Assembly (NCBI GenBank): GCA_002269645.1
Contig: NIVC01002790.1
Location: forward strand, 62,001 to 126,000
Length of the DNA stretch: 64,000 nt
DNA from: Macrostomum lignano
Lineage: Eukaryota
Direction: 5' to 3'
The translations under genes and the position numbers were made by a program. This document shows, piece after piece, positions 13,088 through 24,758 of this stretch (positions are counted from its first letter, which is position 1; every line of letters starts with the position of its first letter). The notes under the pieces are model-generated. The model was given only the letters and a program-made list of their open reading frames with translations. It was not told the origin of the DNA and did no database searches.

Positions 13088-13325
13088 CAGATTGATGGTA
13101 GATTGATGGTAGATTGATGGTAGATTGATGGTAAATTGATAGTAGATTGATGGTAGATTGATGATAGATTGATGGTAGATTGATGGTAGATTGATGATAG
13201 ATTGATGATAGATTGATAGTAGATTGATGGTAGATTGATGATAGATTGATGGTAGATTGATAGTAGATTGACGGTAGATAGATTGTAGATCCATGGTAGA
13301 TTGATGATAGATTAATGATAGATTA
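13088..13325. repeat. 11-bp tandem repeat TAGATTGATGG at the start of GPCR intron 1
   Basis: Read directly. Confidence 0.9.
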
Positions 13326-13859
13326 ACGACTGGTTTATGATAGGTTTGTGGTAGATTTATAAAACTATTTTTTAGCATCGTGGACAATTCGCTTTTAGCA
13401 GATTGAGATGATCAGTTGATCAACCTTGATGACAGATAGCCAGCAGATTGATAAAAAATGGACTACAGTGGCTTAAAATCCCATTGCATTTGTATTCTCG
13501 CACACCAGACAATCAAATGCACAAAACCAGATGCTGGATACGATTGATGATGTGGAAGATTTCCCAAAAAATCACCTGCTTTCTTGAGTAGATTACGGGT
13601 TGACAAAATGAAACGTGCTCAGGCATTATCGCTGCATCAACAGCTGACAGATGGCGGGCATGGATGGTCGCTCACGAATTTGGGTTCGCGATAAACACGA
13701 GCAGAAGCTGCGGAGGCCAGGTGCAAGAGTGATGAATGTTTTATGGCAAGGTTATGGATTTACGAATAGGCTCAAAGGAAATAATGTGAGATAGAGCGAG
13801 ACACAGATGCATGGGACGGATAAAGACAGCTGAGACAAAGACACAGGAAAAAGGAATAA

Positions 13860-15340
13860 GAGCACAGGTAAAGGAGACAGACACACAGAGAAGGACACAG
13901 ACAAAAAGATAAAAGGGACAAAGACACACAGGTAAAAGAAACGGACACACAGGTAAGGGACACAGACACACAGGTAAAAGAGACAGACGAACAGGTTAAA
14001 GGGACAGAAACACAGATAAAAAGGACACAAACACACAAGTAAAGGGACAGACACACAGGTAGAAGGGACACAGACAAGCAGGTAAAAGGGACACAGGCAC
14101 ACAGGTAAAAGGGACACAGACAAGCAGGTAAAAGGGACACAGGCACACAGGTAAAAGGGACACAGACAAGCAGGTAAAAGGGACACAGACAAGCAGGTAA
14201 AAGGGACACAGGCACACAGGTAAAAGGGACACAGACAAGCAGGTAAAAGGGACACAGGCACACAGGTAAAAGGGACACAGACAAGCAGGTAAAAGGGACA
14301 CAGGCACACAGGTAAAAGGGACACAGACAAGCAGGTAAAAGGGACACAGACACGCAGGTAAAAGGGACAGGCACACAGGTAAAAGGGACACAGACAAGCA
14401 GGTAAAAGGGACACAGGCACACAGGTAAAAGGGACACAGACAAGCAGGTAAAAGGGACACAGACACGCAGGTAAAAGGGACACAGACACGCAGGTAAAAG
14501 GGACACAGACACGCAGGTAAAAGGGACACAGGCACACAGGTAAAAGGGACACAGACAAGCAGGTAAAAGGGACACAGACACGCAGGTAAAAGGGACACAG
14601 GCACACAGGTAAAAGGGACACAGACAAGCAGGTAAAAGGGACACAGGCACACAGGTAAAAGGGACACAGACAAGCAGGTAAAAGGGACACAGGCACACAG
14701 GTAAAAGGGACACAGACAAGCAGGTAAAAGGGATACAGACACGCAGGTAAAAGGGACAGGCACACAGGTAAAAGGGACACAGACAAGCAGGTAAAAGGGA
14801 CACAGGCACACAGGTAAAAGGGACACAGACAAGCAGGTAAAAGGGACACAGACACGCAGGTAAAAGGGACACAGACACGCAGGTAAAAGGGACACAGACA
14901 CGCAGGTAAAAGGGACACAGGCACACAGGTAAAAGGGACACAGACACGCAGGTAAAAGGGACACAGGCACACAGGTAAAAGGGACACAGACAAGCAGGTA
15001 AAAGGGACACAGACACGCAGGTAAAAGGGACAGGCACACAGGTAAAAGGGACACAGACAAGCAGGTAAAAGGGACACAGGCACACAGGTAAAAGGGACAC
15101 AGACAAGCAGGTAAAAGGGACACAGACACGCAGGTAAAAGGGACACAGACACGCAGGTAAAAGGGACACAGACACGCAGGTAAAAGGGACACAGACACGC
15201 AGGTAAAAGGGACACAGGCACACAGGTAAAAGGGACACAGGCACACAGGTAAAAGGGACAGGCACACAGGTAAAAGGGACAGGCACACAGGTAAAAGGGA
15301 CACAGACACACAGGTAAAAGGGACACAGGCACACAGGTAA
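13860..15340. repeat. Minisatellite, 23-bp unit CAGGTAAAAGGGACACAGACACG and variants
   Basis: About 60 tandem copies. Confidence 0.95.
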
Positions 15341-15724
15341 ATTAAGTTACCTGCAGAAAATATGGCATATTGCGTGATGGATTTTATAAAAGCCCATGGA
15401 CTCAGGGCACTCAGGGCTACAGGGCAAATGTCAATCAAGCCTTGGTTCGTGACTAACGGACAACTGACACGTGTGGCCTAGGATTATAGGGTCAGAATTA
15501 AACAGAAAAGTGATTTTTCAATCTGACTTGTCAAAGATAATTCAAAGGCTGAGCGGAGTCCGCGCTCTTCGAATTTTATTTTTACGGCTTCTGCTAAAAG
15601 CATCAACTGGAGAAGAAAATTAAAGCCGTTGCTGCCTTTTCCTCCCAGGACTTGGGATCTGCATAACTCACTGCACAGTTGCCTCACTGCCCTATCTCTT
15701 AATAACTCCTCCTACACGTCTCTA

Positions 15725-16985
15725 CTTCTCCTGTGTGCCTCTCCCCTCCTGTCTGCCTCTCTCCTTACCTGTCTGCCTCTCTCCTTCTCTTTTGTGCCTC
15801 TCTCCTTCTCCTGTCTGCCTCTCTCCTTCTCCTGTCTGCCTCTCTCCTCCTGTCTGCCTCTCTCCTCCTGTCTGCCTCTCCCCTCCTGTCTGCCTCTCTC
15901 CTTACCTGTCTGCCTCTCTCCTTCTCTTTTGTGCCTCTCTCCTTCTCCTGTCTGCCTCTCTCCTTCTCCTGTGTGCCTCTCTCCTTCTCCTGTCTGCCTC
16001 TCTCCTCCTGTCTGCCTCTCTCCTCCTGTCTGCCTCTCTCCTCCCGTCTGCCTCTCTCCTCCCGTCTGCCTCTCTCCTTCTCTTTTGTGCCTCTCTCCTT
16101 CTCCTGTGTGCCTCTCTCCTTCTCCTGTCTGCCTCTCTCCTTCTCCTGTGTGCCTCTCTCCTTCTCCTGTCTGCCTCTCTCCTCCTGTCTGCCTCTCTCC
16201 TCCCGTCTGCCTCTCTCCTCCTGTGTGCCTCTCTCCTTCTCCTGTGTGCCTCTCTCCTTCTCCTGTCTGCCTCTCTCCTCCTGTCTGCCTCTCTCCTCCC
16301 GTCTGCCTCTCTCCTTCTCCTGTGTGCATCTCTCCTTCTCCTGTCTGCCTCTCTCCTCCTGTCTGCCTCTCTCCTCCCGTCTGCCTCTCTCCTCCCGTCT
16401 GCCTCTCTCCTTCTCCTGTGTGCCTCTCTCCTTCTCCTGTGTGCCTCTCTCCTCCTGTCTGCCTCTCTCCTCCCGTCTGCCTCTCTCCTCCCGTCTGCCT
16501 CTCTCCTCCCGTCTGCCTCTCTCCTTCTCCTGTGTGCCTCTCTCCTTCTCCTGTGTGCCTCTCTCCTCCTGTCTGCCTCTCTCCTCCCGTCTGCCTCTCT
16601 CCTCCCGTCTGCCTCTCTCCTCCCGTCTGCCTCTCTCCTTCTCCTGTGTGCCTCTCTCCTTCTCCTGTGTGCCTCTCTCCTCCTGTCTGCCTCTCTCCTC
16701 CCGTCTGCCTCTCTCCTCCCGTCTGCCTCTCTCCTTCTCCTGTGTGCATCTCTCCTCCTGTCTGCCTCTCTCCTTCTCCTGTGTGCCTCTCTCCTCCCGT
16801 CTGCCTCTCTCCTTCTCCTGTGTGCCTCTCTCCTTCTCCCGTCTGCCTCTCCCTTACCTGTCTGCCTCTCTCCTCCTGTCTGCCTCTCTCCTCCTGTCTG
16901 CCTCTCTCCTTACCTGTCTGCCTCTCTCCTTCTCTTTTCTGCCTCTCCTTCTCCTGTGTGCCTCTCTCCTCCTGTCTGTCTCCCT
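15725..16985. repeat. Pyrimidine-rich minisatellite, 18/21-bp unit TCTGCCTCTCTCCTTCTCCTG
   Basis: Tandem copies; near reverse complement of the array at 17640-18280. Confidence 0.95.
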
Positions 16986-17639
16986 CCTATTTTTCTCTAT
17001 TCCTCCCTTCCTCTTTCTACTTTTCATGCCTACTCTCCCCATCTACTTTCCCTTCTTTATCTCTATATACCTTCTTCCCTCTGTCCTGTCCTCGCTTCTC
17101 TGCCTCCACCTTCTTCCCTTTCTGCCTTTCTTCTCTAGTCGTCTCTCTTCTTCTGAAATGTCAGCCTTTCGCCTGTCCCAGCGTGAGTGTCCGATTGGCC
17201 AATCTGACAGGATTAATTTCTGTTCTAAATATGCGCCTCTTGATCAAATCAGTTGAGCCGATCAATGGCATCAGCAAATGGCTGAAGATTACGTTCAAGG
17301 CTTCAAAGCACGACATGGTATTAAGTGACTGCTTCTGCCAATCAGGAATTGCAAAACGTTTTTTGAAAGTGTCAAGAAATCTTAAGGCGTCGTTTAAATC
17401 CCAGTTAGCTAAATAAGGAATGCAAAATTGAGAAGCTACACTCAATGAAATGTGAAAACCTCCTGTAGCTAATCAATAGGGGAAAGGGGTAGTGGAGTAG
17501 CGGGTGGATAATGCGTCCGTTTTTAACAAACATGGAGTCGCCTCAGCACTGAGCTCACACCTACGCTTCTAAGCGTTGAGTATGAGTTTAATGTGAGAGT
17601 ACGAGTACAGAAGGGGAGTAGAAGTAGAAGGCAAGCAGG

Positions 17640-18280
17640 AGAAAGGCAAGTAGAAGAGAGGCAGATGGGAGAAGGAGAGAGGCAGATGGAAGAAGGAGAG
17701 AGGCAGATGGGAGAAGGAGAGAGGCATGGGAGAAGGAGAGAGGCAGATGGGAGAAGGAGAGAGGCAGGTGGGAGAAGGAGAGAGGCAGATGGGAGAAGGA
17801 GAGAGGCAGATGGGAGAAGGAGAGAGGCAGATGGGAGAAGTAGAGAGGCAGATGGTAGAAGGAGAGAGGCAGATGGGAGAAGGAGAGAGGCAGATAGGAG
17901 GAGAGAGGAAGATGGGAGAATTAGAGAGGCAGATGGGAGAAGGAGAGATGCAGATGGGAGAAGGAGAGATGCAGATCGGAGAAGTAGAGAGGCAGATGGG
18001 AGAAGGAGAGATGCAGATGGGAGAAGGAGAGAGGCAGATGGGAGAAGGAGAGAGGCAGATGGGAGAATTAGAGAGGCAGATGGGAGAAGGAGAGAAGCAG
18101 ATGGGAGAAGGAGAGATGCAGATCGGAGAAGTAGAGAGGCAGATGGGAGAAGGAGAGATGCAGATGGGAGAAGGAGAGAGGCAGATGGGAGAAGGAGAGA
18201 GGCAGATGGGAGAAGGAGAGAGGCAGATGGGAGAAGGAGAGAGGCAGATGGGAGAAGGAGAGAGGCAGATGAGAGAGTAG
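17640..18280. repeat. Purine-rich minisatellite, 21-bp unit GGGAGAAGGAGAGAGGCAGAT
   Basis: Tandem copies; inverted relative to the 15.7-17.0 kb array. Confidence 0.95.
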
Positions 18281-18288
18281 TCAGGGAG

Positions 18289-18447
<159 letters not shown>

Positions 18448-19019
18448 CATGGAGAATAGACAAACAGAGCGAGAGAAAGAGAGAGAGTAGAGGACAGGTC
18501 ATGCTACAGTCTCACAGAATCAAATTAGCCAAATCCGGACGCAAGAGTGCGAAGAGCAGCTCTCGCAAGAGGGAAGGATTATCGATAATGTTACAGTAAT
18601 CTTAGCGACAAACATTGCATAGCGGTTTCAGCGTAATCATATATATTTTATTTTTCGCAGTCGCTACGAGTATTTAACAACTGCTTGGCTTGCAGCTTCC
18701 TGGCTTCGTCATAATTGACGTAATTGAATTTATATAGTCTGACTCCAACAAGGATTTGGATCGGCTGGGCCGGCACCGCTGATGGAGCTGGGATGACAAT
18801 TTCTTAATTAGTAAAAAACAAGATAATGAAATCAAGGACTTCTAGGGGTTGAGGATGACTTGAAATCAGAGTAGTGTAGCACAAGACCTCTATTTACCAT
18901 ACAAGTACTGGCTGTCCTTTGAAATCCACACATTAGTTTTACTTCGAAGTACGAGAGGTTAAGAGCGCATAGGTTGTTGCTTTGAAGTCATCTCTCTAAC
19001 ACTTAAGAGATCCCGTTTA

Positions 19020-20090
19020 GATCTAAAATAGATTTCATTGAAATATCACTGGATTTAATTGAAATCTCAGTAGATTTCATTCCAATCTCACTATACTTCA
19101 TTCAAGTCTCACTATATTTCATTCCAATATCAATAGATTTCACTGAAATCTTACTTGATTTAATTCAAATCTCACTAACTTTCATTCAAATCACACTAAA
19201 TTTCATTCAAATCACACTAGATTTCATTCAAATCTCACAAGATTTCATTCAAATCTCATTAGATTTCATTCAAATCACACTAAATTTCATTCAAATCTCA
19301 CTAAATTTCATTTAAATCTCAGTAGATTTCATTAAAATCTCACTAGATTTCATTAAAATATCACTAGATTTCATTAAATCTCACTAGATTTCATTAAAAT
19401 ATCACTAGATTTCATTCAATCACACTAAATTTCATTCAAATCTCACTAAATTTCATTTAAATCTCAGTAGATTTCATTAAAATCTCACTAGATTTCATTA
19501 AAATATCACTAGATTTCATTAAATCTCACTAGATTTCATTAAAATATCACTAGATTTCATTAAATCTCACTAGATTTCATTAAAATATCACTAGATTTCA
19601 TTCAATCACACTAAATTTCATTCAAATCTCACTAAATTTCATTTAAATCTCACTAGATTTCATTAAAATCTCACTAGATTTCATTAAAATATCACTAGAT
19701 TTCATTAAATCTCACTAGATTTCATTAAAATATCACTAGATTTCATTCAATCACACTAGATTTCATTAAAATATCATTAGATTTCATTAAATCTCAGTAG
19801 ATTTCATTAAAACTCACTAGATTTCACTAAAATATCACTAGATTTTAATAAATCTCACTAGATTTCATTAAAATCTCACTATATTTCATTAAAATCTCAA
19901 AAGATTTCATTCAAATCTCATTAGATTTCATTAAAATCTCACTAGATTTCACTAAAATATCACTAGATTTCATTAAATCTCACTAGATTTCATTAAAATC
20001 TCACTATATTTCATTCAAATCTCACAAGATTTCATTCAAATCTCATTAGATTTCATTCAAATCTCACTAGATTGCATTGAGATCTCATTA
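19020..20090. repeat. AT-rich minisatellite, ~21-bp unit TTCATTAAAATCTCACTAGAT
   Basis: Tandem degenerate copies. Confidence 0.95.
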
Positions 20091-21464
20091 AATGTTTTGT
20101 ATCTATTTTTGATTTGGTTAAGAATACTAAATATATATATTGAAAATTTAAGTAACTACATTGCAAAATAATTTTCAGTCTTTCGGCAGATCCTGCCTTT
20201 ATACGAGCGTATAATTATCGCTAACGAGATGCAGTTTTAATTAAAGCAATTTGAATGAATACGTTGGATTGCATTGGGTAATTTGGTAGAGTTGAAAGAT
20301 GGAAGCGGTAAGCAGCGGGAAAATAGACATCAATAATAATAGAGAGCAGATCCCTTCTCCTCTCTCTCTACCTCTCTCCCTTCTCCACCTCAATCCATTC
20401 TCTTAGCATATTCCGGTAGACAATGTAGAGAGACAGCTAAATAGTAAGTAAAAAAGTTGCTTCGATACAGCAAGAAACCGTCGAGAAAGATGACGACAGT
20501 TTAAGTAAGCTGACGAGGGCAGCCTGAGAGTCGGGAAAAATTAAGGCCACAGAGAGACAGAGATAGAGATTTAGCGACAAGAGATACTGGCAGATTGGGA
20601 GATTGAGCAGAACTCCCAGAGGCTCAATAGGAATTAGATTGTAAACACAGCTAGACTGCAGACTAGAAAATTGCCCTCAAAGGGACTCCGCGGTTGGCCA
20701 ACTCTCCCCAAGTCTGGAATTATGCCCTGTTTAATGTGTGTACTCAGGAAGCTGACCAACACGCGCTACAAGCATCAGTCTCCATCACTGCCCAGGACAA
20801 AAGGCTCTTACCCCAATGCTAGGCGTGCAACAGGAGCCAGAAATCTGGCACAGCTAGCTGCGCATAGGCTCTTAGCTTAGCTTTCTCCCCTCCCCCACAG
20901 TCTGGGAATAAATCGGGGCGGGGCTGGAGGTCGGCTGTAAACACTGACTGGATTACCGCGCAGATTCCCCTTTTGTCGCGACCGCGTTCCACGAATGCCA
21001 GATGCCCGGCATGCAAGCAGCCTGTCCCTTCTCCTCTAACCCTTATTTTTTGTGGGTTTAGTTTAGCTTTAGGCGATGGCAAGTCCAGAGAGAGCGAGCC
21101 GGGGGGGGGGGGTGAAGGTCGAGTGTAGGGATCAGCGAGGGGAAGTGTTTGAGACGGCAGAGTGTGGCCAGGCAGTCTCTGTCCCGCCATATAGCGCCTC
21201 TCGGCAGCCAATCGCACATAATAAACAATTCCAATTGATTGAACATCCGAGCACATCAAGTAGCGATATTGACTCTTTATAACAAGCTATATATAATATG
21301 AGCAGTGACTGAGACAGCTAGGCTTAAGCGAGGTTATGTTTACTTTATAGCTAATTATAGGTAATAGTGCAACTAAAAGAAAAAAGGTTCAAATGGCCTT
21401 GGGAACGGGTTAACCCCTCTTAATAACACCACGAGAGACCCCATATGCTACCCGGATATTTTTT

Positions 21465-21945
21465 TACACGGATATCTACTACCCAGATGTCTGCCATCCG
21501 GATGTTTGCTACCCAGGTGTCTGCTATCCGGATGTTTGCTATCCGGATGTTAGCTAACCAGATGTTTGCCACCCAGATGTTTGCTACCCGGATATTTGCT
21601 ACCCAGCTGTCTGCTATCCGGATGTTTGCTATCCGGATGTTAGCTAACCAGATGTTTTCCACCCAGATGTTTGCTACCCGGATATTTGCTACCCAGATGT
21701 CTGCTATCCGGATGTTTGCTATCCGGATGTTAGCTAACCAGATGTTTTCCACCCAGATGTTTGCTACCCGGATATTTGCTACCCAGATGTCTGCTATCCG
21801 GATGCTTGCTACCCAGATGTTTGCTACCCAGCTTTTTTGCTACCAGATGTTTGCGACTCAGGTGTTTGCTACCCGGATGTTTGCTACTAGATGTTTGCGA
21901 CCCAGGTGTTTGCTATCCGGATGCTTGCAACCCGGATGCTTGTGG
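21465..21945. repeat. 15-bp minisatellite GATGTTTGCTACCCG
   Basis: Tandem copies. Confidence 0.92.
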
Positions 21946-24408
21946 CTAGTAAGCTACCGTCTACCAAACATCATAAGCCCTAACACACGTACACGTATCA
22001 CCTTTGAGCTTGAGTAAGCATAGCATCGTGACTCTTTAATCCCTGAGTTCGATTCCGCGACTGGACACACAAATTTGGTATTCGTGTACAGAGATTGACC
22101 TATAGGCCTAGTGTGCGGGCACTTTTTTATGCGTATACTTCGGTCCAACTAAAACAGCTTAAACTAAATGTCCAACGAGCTCACTACGAGTACATTGCCC
22201 TGAACTGACCCGCGGGTACTATACAAATTAAAGAAAGTATTGTATTAAATCATATTTAAGCTACAGAATTGATGACCGACACTACGCGTGAACAAATTGG
22301 ATGATTTTCTTTTCATTCATTCAATAACTCCGCATATGCTTGTAGATTTAAGCAATCTTGCTCTAGCATTCATTACTGCGCAGCACTGAGAAAGAAATCG
22401 AACGAGATTACAAGGAGAAACGGGTGAGCGGGAGGGAGTGAATCAAGGCAATTCCTATGGTTGTGCACTTCACGGAACCGCTGCAGAGCGTGTGTGTGTG
22501 TGGCTTGCGATGTTAACTGGCAGGCTCTTTCCCTTGAGAGTGTTGTGAGAGATCGCGCGATGGGATCAGGTCGAGTCGGGATCAGCTAAGAGCGGTGGCC
22601 CACCATTGGATTAACAGAAACTCGCTGCTCCATGTCGGTTCGATAACTTTTGCATTGATTGTCGATTTTTTTCTCATTTTTTGCTACGACAACTCATCAA
22701 TGCCTTGGAGGGACAATAAGTTTTCTCCAAAGTCCAACCTGTGGATTTCCTAAAGTACTGCTCTGCATACCGTATAGGTAAAGCTCTTTTATACTTGAGT
22801 ATCCAACACTGTACTGGTCACTCAAACAGTGGAGAGGAAGCTGCGCTAGAAGATTATTTAAAACCAGGGTGTCTTGAATTTAAGCGTCGCTGCGTTGTGT
22901 ATTGAAGCTGGTGGACTGACCACAATCGTCTCGAAGTGGAACAACTTTTGATTGCAGAAGCTCACAAAACCACACGAAAATTATGGAAGTATCTGCAGTG
23001 CTGCGGACAAGCAGTCGTTTTGTCCAAGCTAAGCTCCAATCTATCTATAAATCTTTTCATGGCAAGAGCAGAGCTTTAGTCCACAGTCCCCATGCAGATA
23101 TTCATTAATTTGCTTGACCCAAGCAGCACTAGAGTAGCAATCTAGCTTATATCCATTAACATATAGCCACATTCCGTAAGCCCTAGCCGAATACGCTGAC
23201 ACGCAACTGGATTAAAAATCGATAAATCGGCGTGACGCAGCAATCCGAGGCTCAGTTTTATCCCTTCACTCTCTATCTTCGTCTCTTTCTCTATCGGCCT
23301 GGCACACACACACACAGTAGTGCACAGCAGTGGCCATAGCTCTGGCACGCTCTCCACCAGAGAGACCGCGTTGCCTAAGTCTTTGGGGGAGGGGGGGGGG
23401 TTGGTTTGAAAATCGCGCAAAAAACGAACCATGCACCAGCCTAAGAGAGGCCGCAACTGCCTGCAGCAGCATGTCAAGGACGAAAACAATTCTTCTATAT
23501 ACTCGTAGCTATATACACATATTTCTATTAGACACCCCTCGCATTCGCCGATGGTTGCAGGGGAGTAGGGCGAAATGTTTTTTTGGCTTAATTCTTCATT
23601 TCTGTCTGCCCCAATCTTCTTTCTAGCTTAACCATAGATTGGCATACAGTACTGGCTGGTGCGGCGCTTCTGGTCTGCGAGGGGGGGGGGCATTTTTAGA
23701 TAACCGGGGATTTAGAATTGGGATTTTTATAAGAGGATTTACGTTTTTTTCTGCCCCCTCCTCCACAGTTAGCTAACGGGAAAAGGGAAAATGCAGCAAG
23801 GATAAAAGGAGAAAGAGAGATAAAAGGCGGTGTGCCGCGCTTTAATGGCACTTCCGTTAGCAATTTTCTTTGTATTCGTATCTAGTTTCTTTTGCCGATT
23901 TTTTATAAGCTGCTACTCTCTGTTTATTTCTTCACTATAGTCAAATTTTTTGGCATTTTCCATCCAAGTTTTTTTTCCTTTTTATATTTCAATAAAGTCA
24001 ATTTTGACTTAAAAAGGATCTTGATAATGATTTTCGCGTAACATGAGCCGAATATGAATACGCGGTTCTCATTCCTCGCGATGTTGACGCGAGCAAAAGA
24101 ATCGAAAACTATTGTTGCTGGTTGGTCACTTTCAAAACATAGAAATCGTTTTAGTTTAACTGAAAAAACTATAGGAGCTTTCTAGGAATGATTTCGGAAT
24201 TATCGACGACGTCACGACAGCAGTGTTCTAAAAAAAAGTTAAAGTGGAATTCTAGGAAATTTTTGTCACAATTTCACTATATTGTTAAAACATTCAGCAA
24301 GCAATATGCGTCGAAATATATTTTTAAAAAGACCACGAATAACTCTTGACGATTTAGCTTGAGTCTCGACCAGCCAACCAAATCCAGCAGCCACCATCAC
24401 CTCCGCAG

Positions 24409-24758
24409 GAATCTTCCCGTTGCCATGGTACCTGCTATCCGAGTTCGCGCACGAATGGACCGTAATTCACCTCTGTGACAGTCCAGCCGCCGCTAACCTG
24501 CTCAGCCTAATGACCTCTACTTTGCCGACTATCTTCCACACCGTGTCAATCTGGCTCACCGTGATCCTAGCCATTCAACGCTGGATTTACATCACCTTTC
24601 CGATGTCTGTTCAACGACTGTGTACAAACAGAATCTCGGTCGCGTCCGTGCTAATTCTCCTAGTCTTAGTGACGGCCTTCATGTGCGCCTGGTTCTACAT
24701 AGATGGACCCTATCATATTGCTAGTCCGGCCCAAGGAACCGACGGACCGCAACTACTG
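24409..24758 (+). CDS. SPR/MIP-receptor-like GPCR, coding exon 2, 5' part (end of TM2 to ECL2), interrupted by a transposon
   Basis: Acceptor CTCCGCAG|GA matches phase 1 of exon 1. Encodes IFPLPWY...LPTIFHTVSIWLTVILAIQRWIY, the SPR-family TM3 motif PTIFHTxSIWLT...QR(Y/W)IY. Ends at the TSD ACTG (24755-24758). Confidence 0.9.

Noticed and set aside
17485-17600. tRNA-like A-box segment (GTAGTGGAGTAGCGG)
   Set aside because: No B-box or cloverleaf could be built. The similar lone B-box near 22045 also lacks a full structure.
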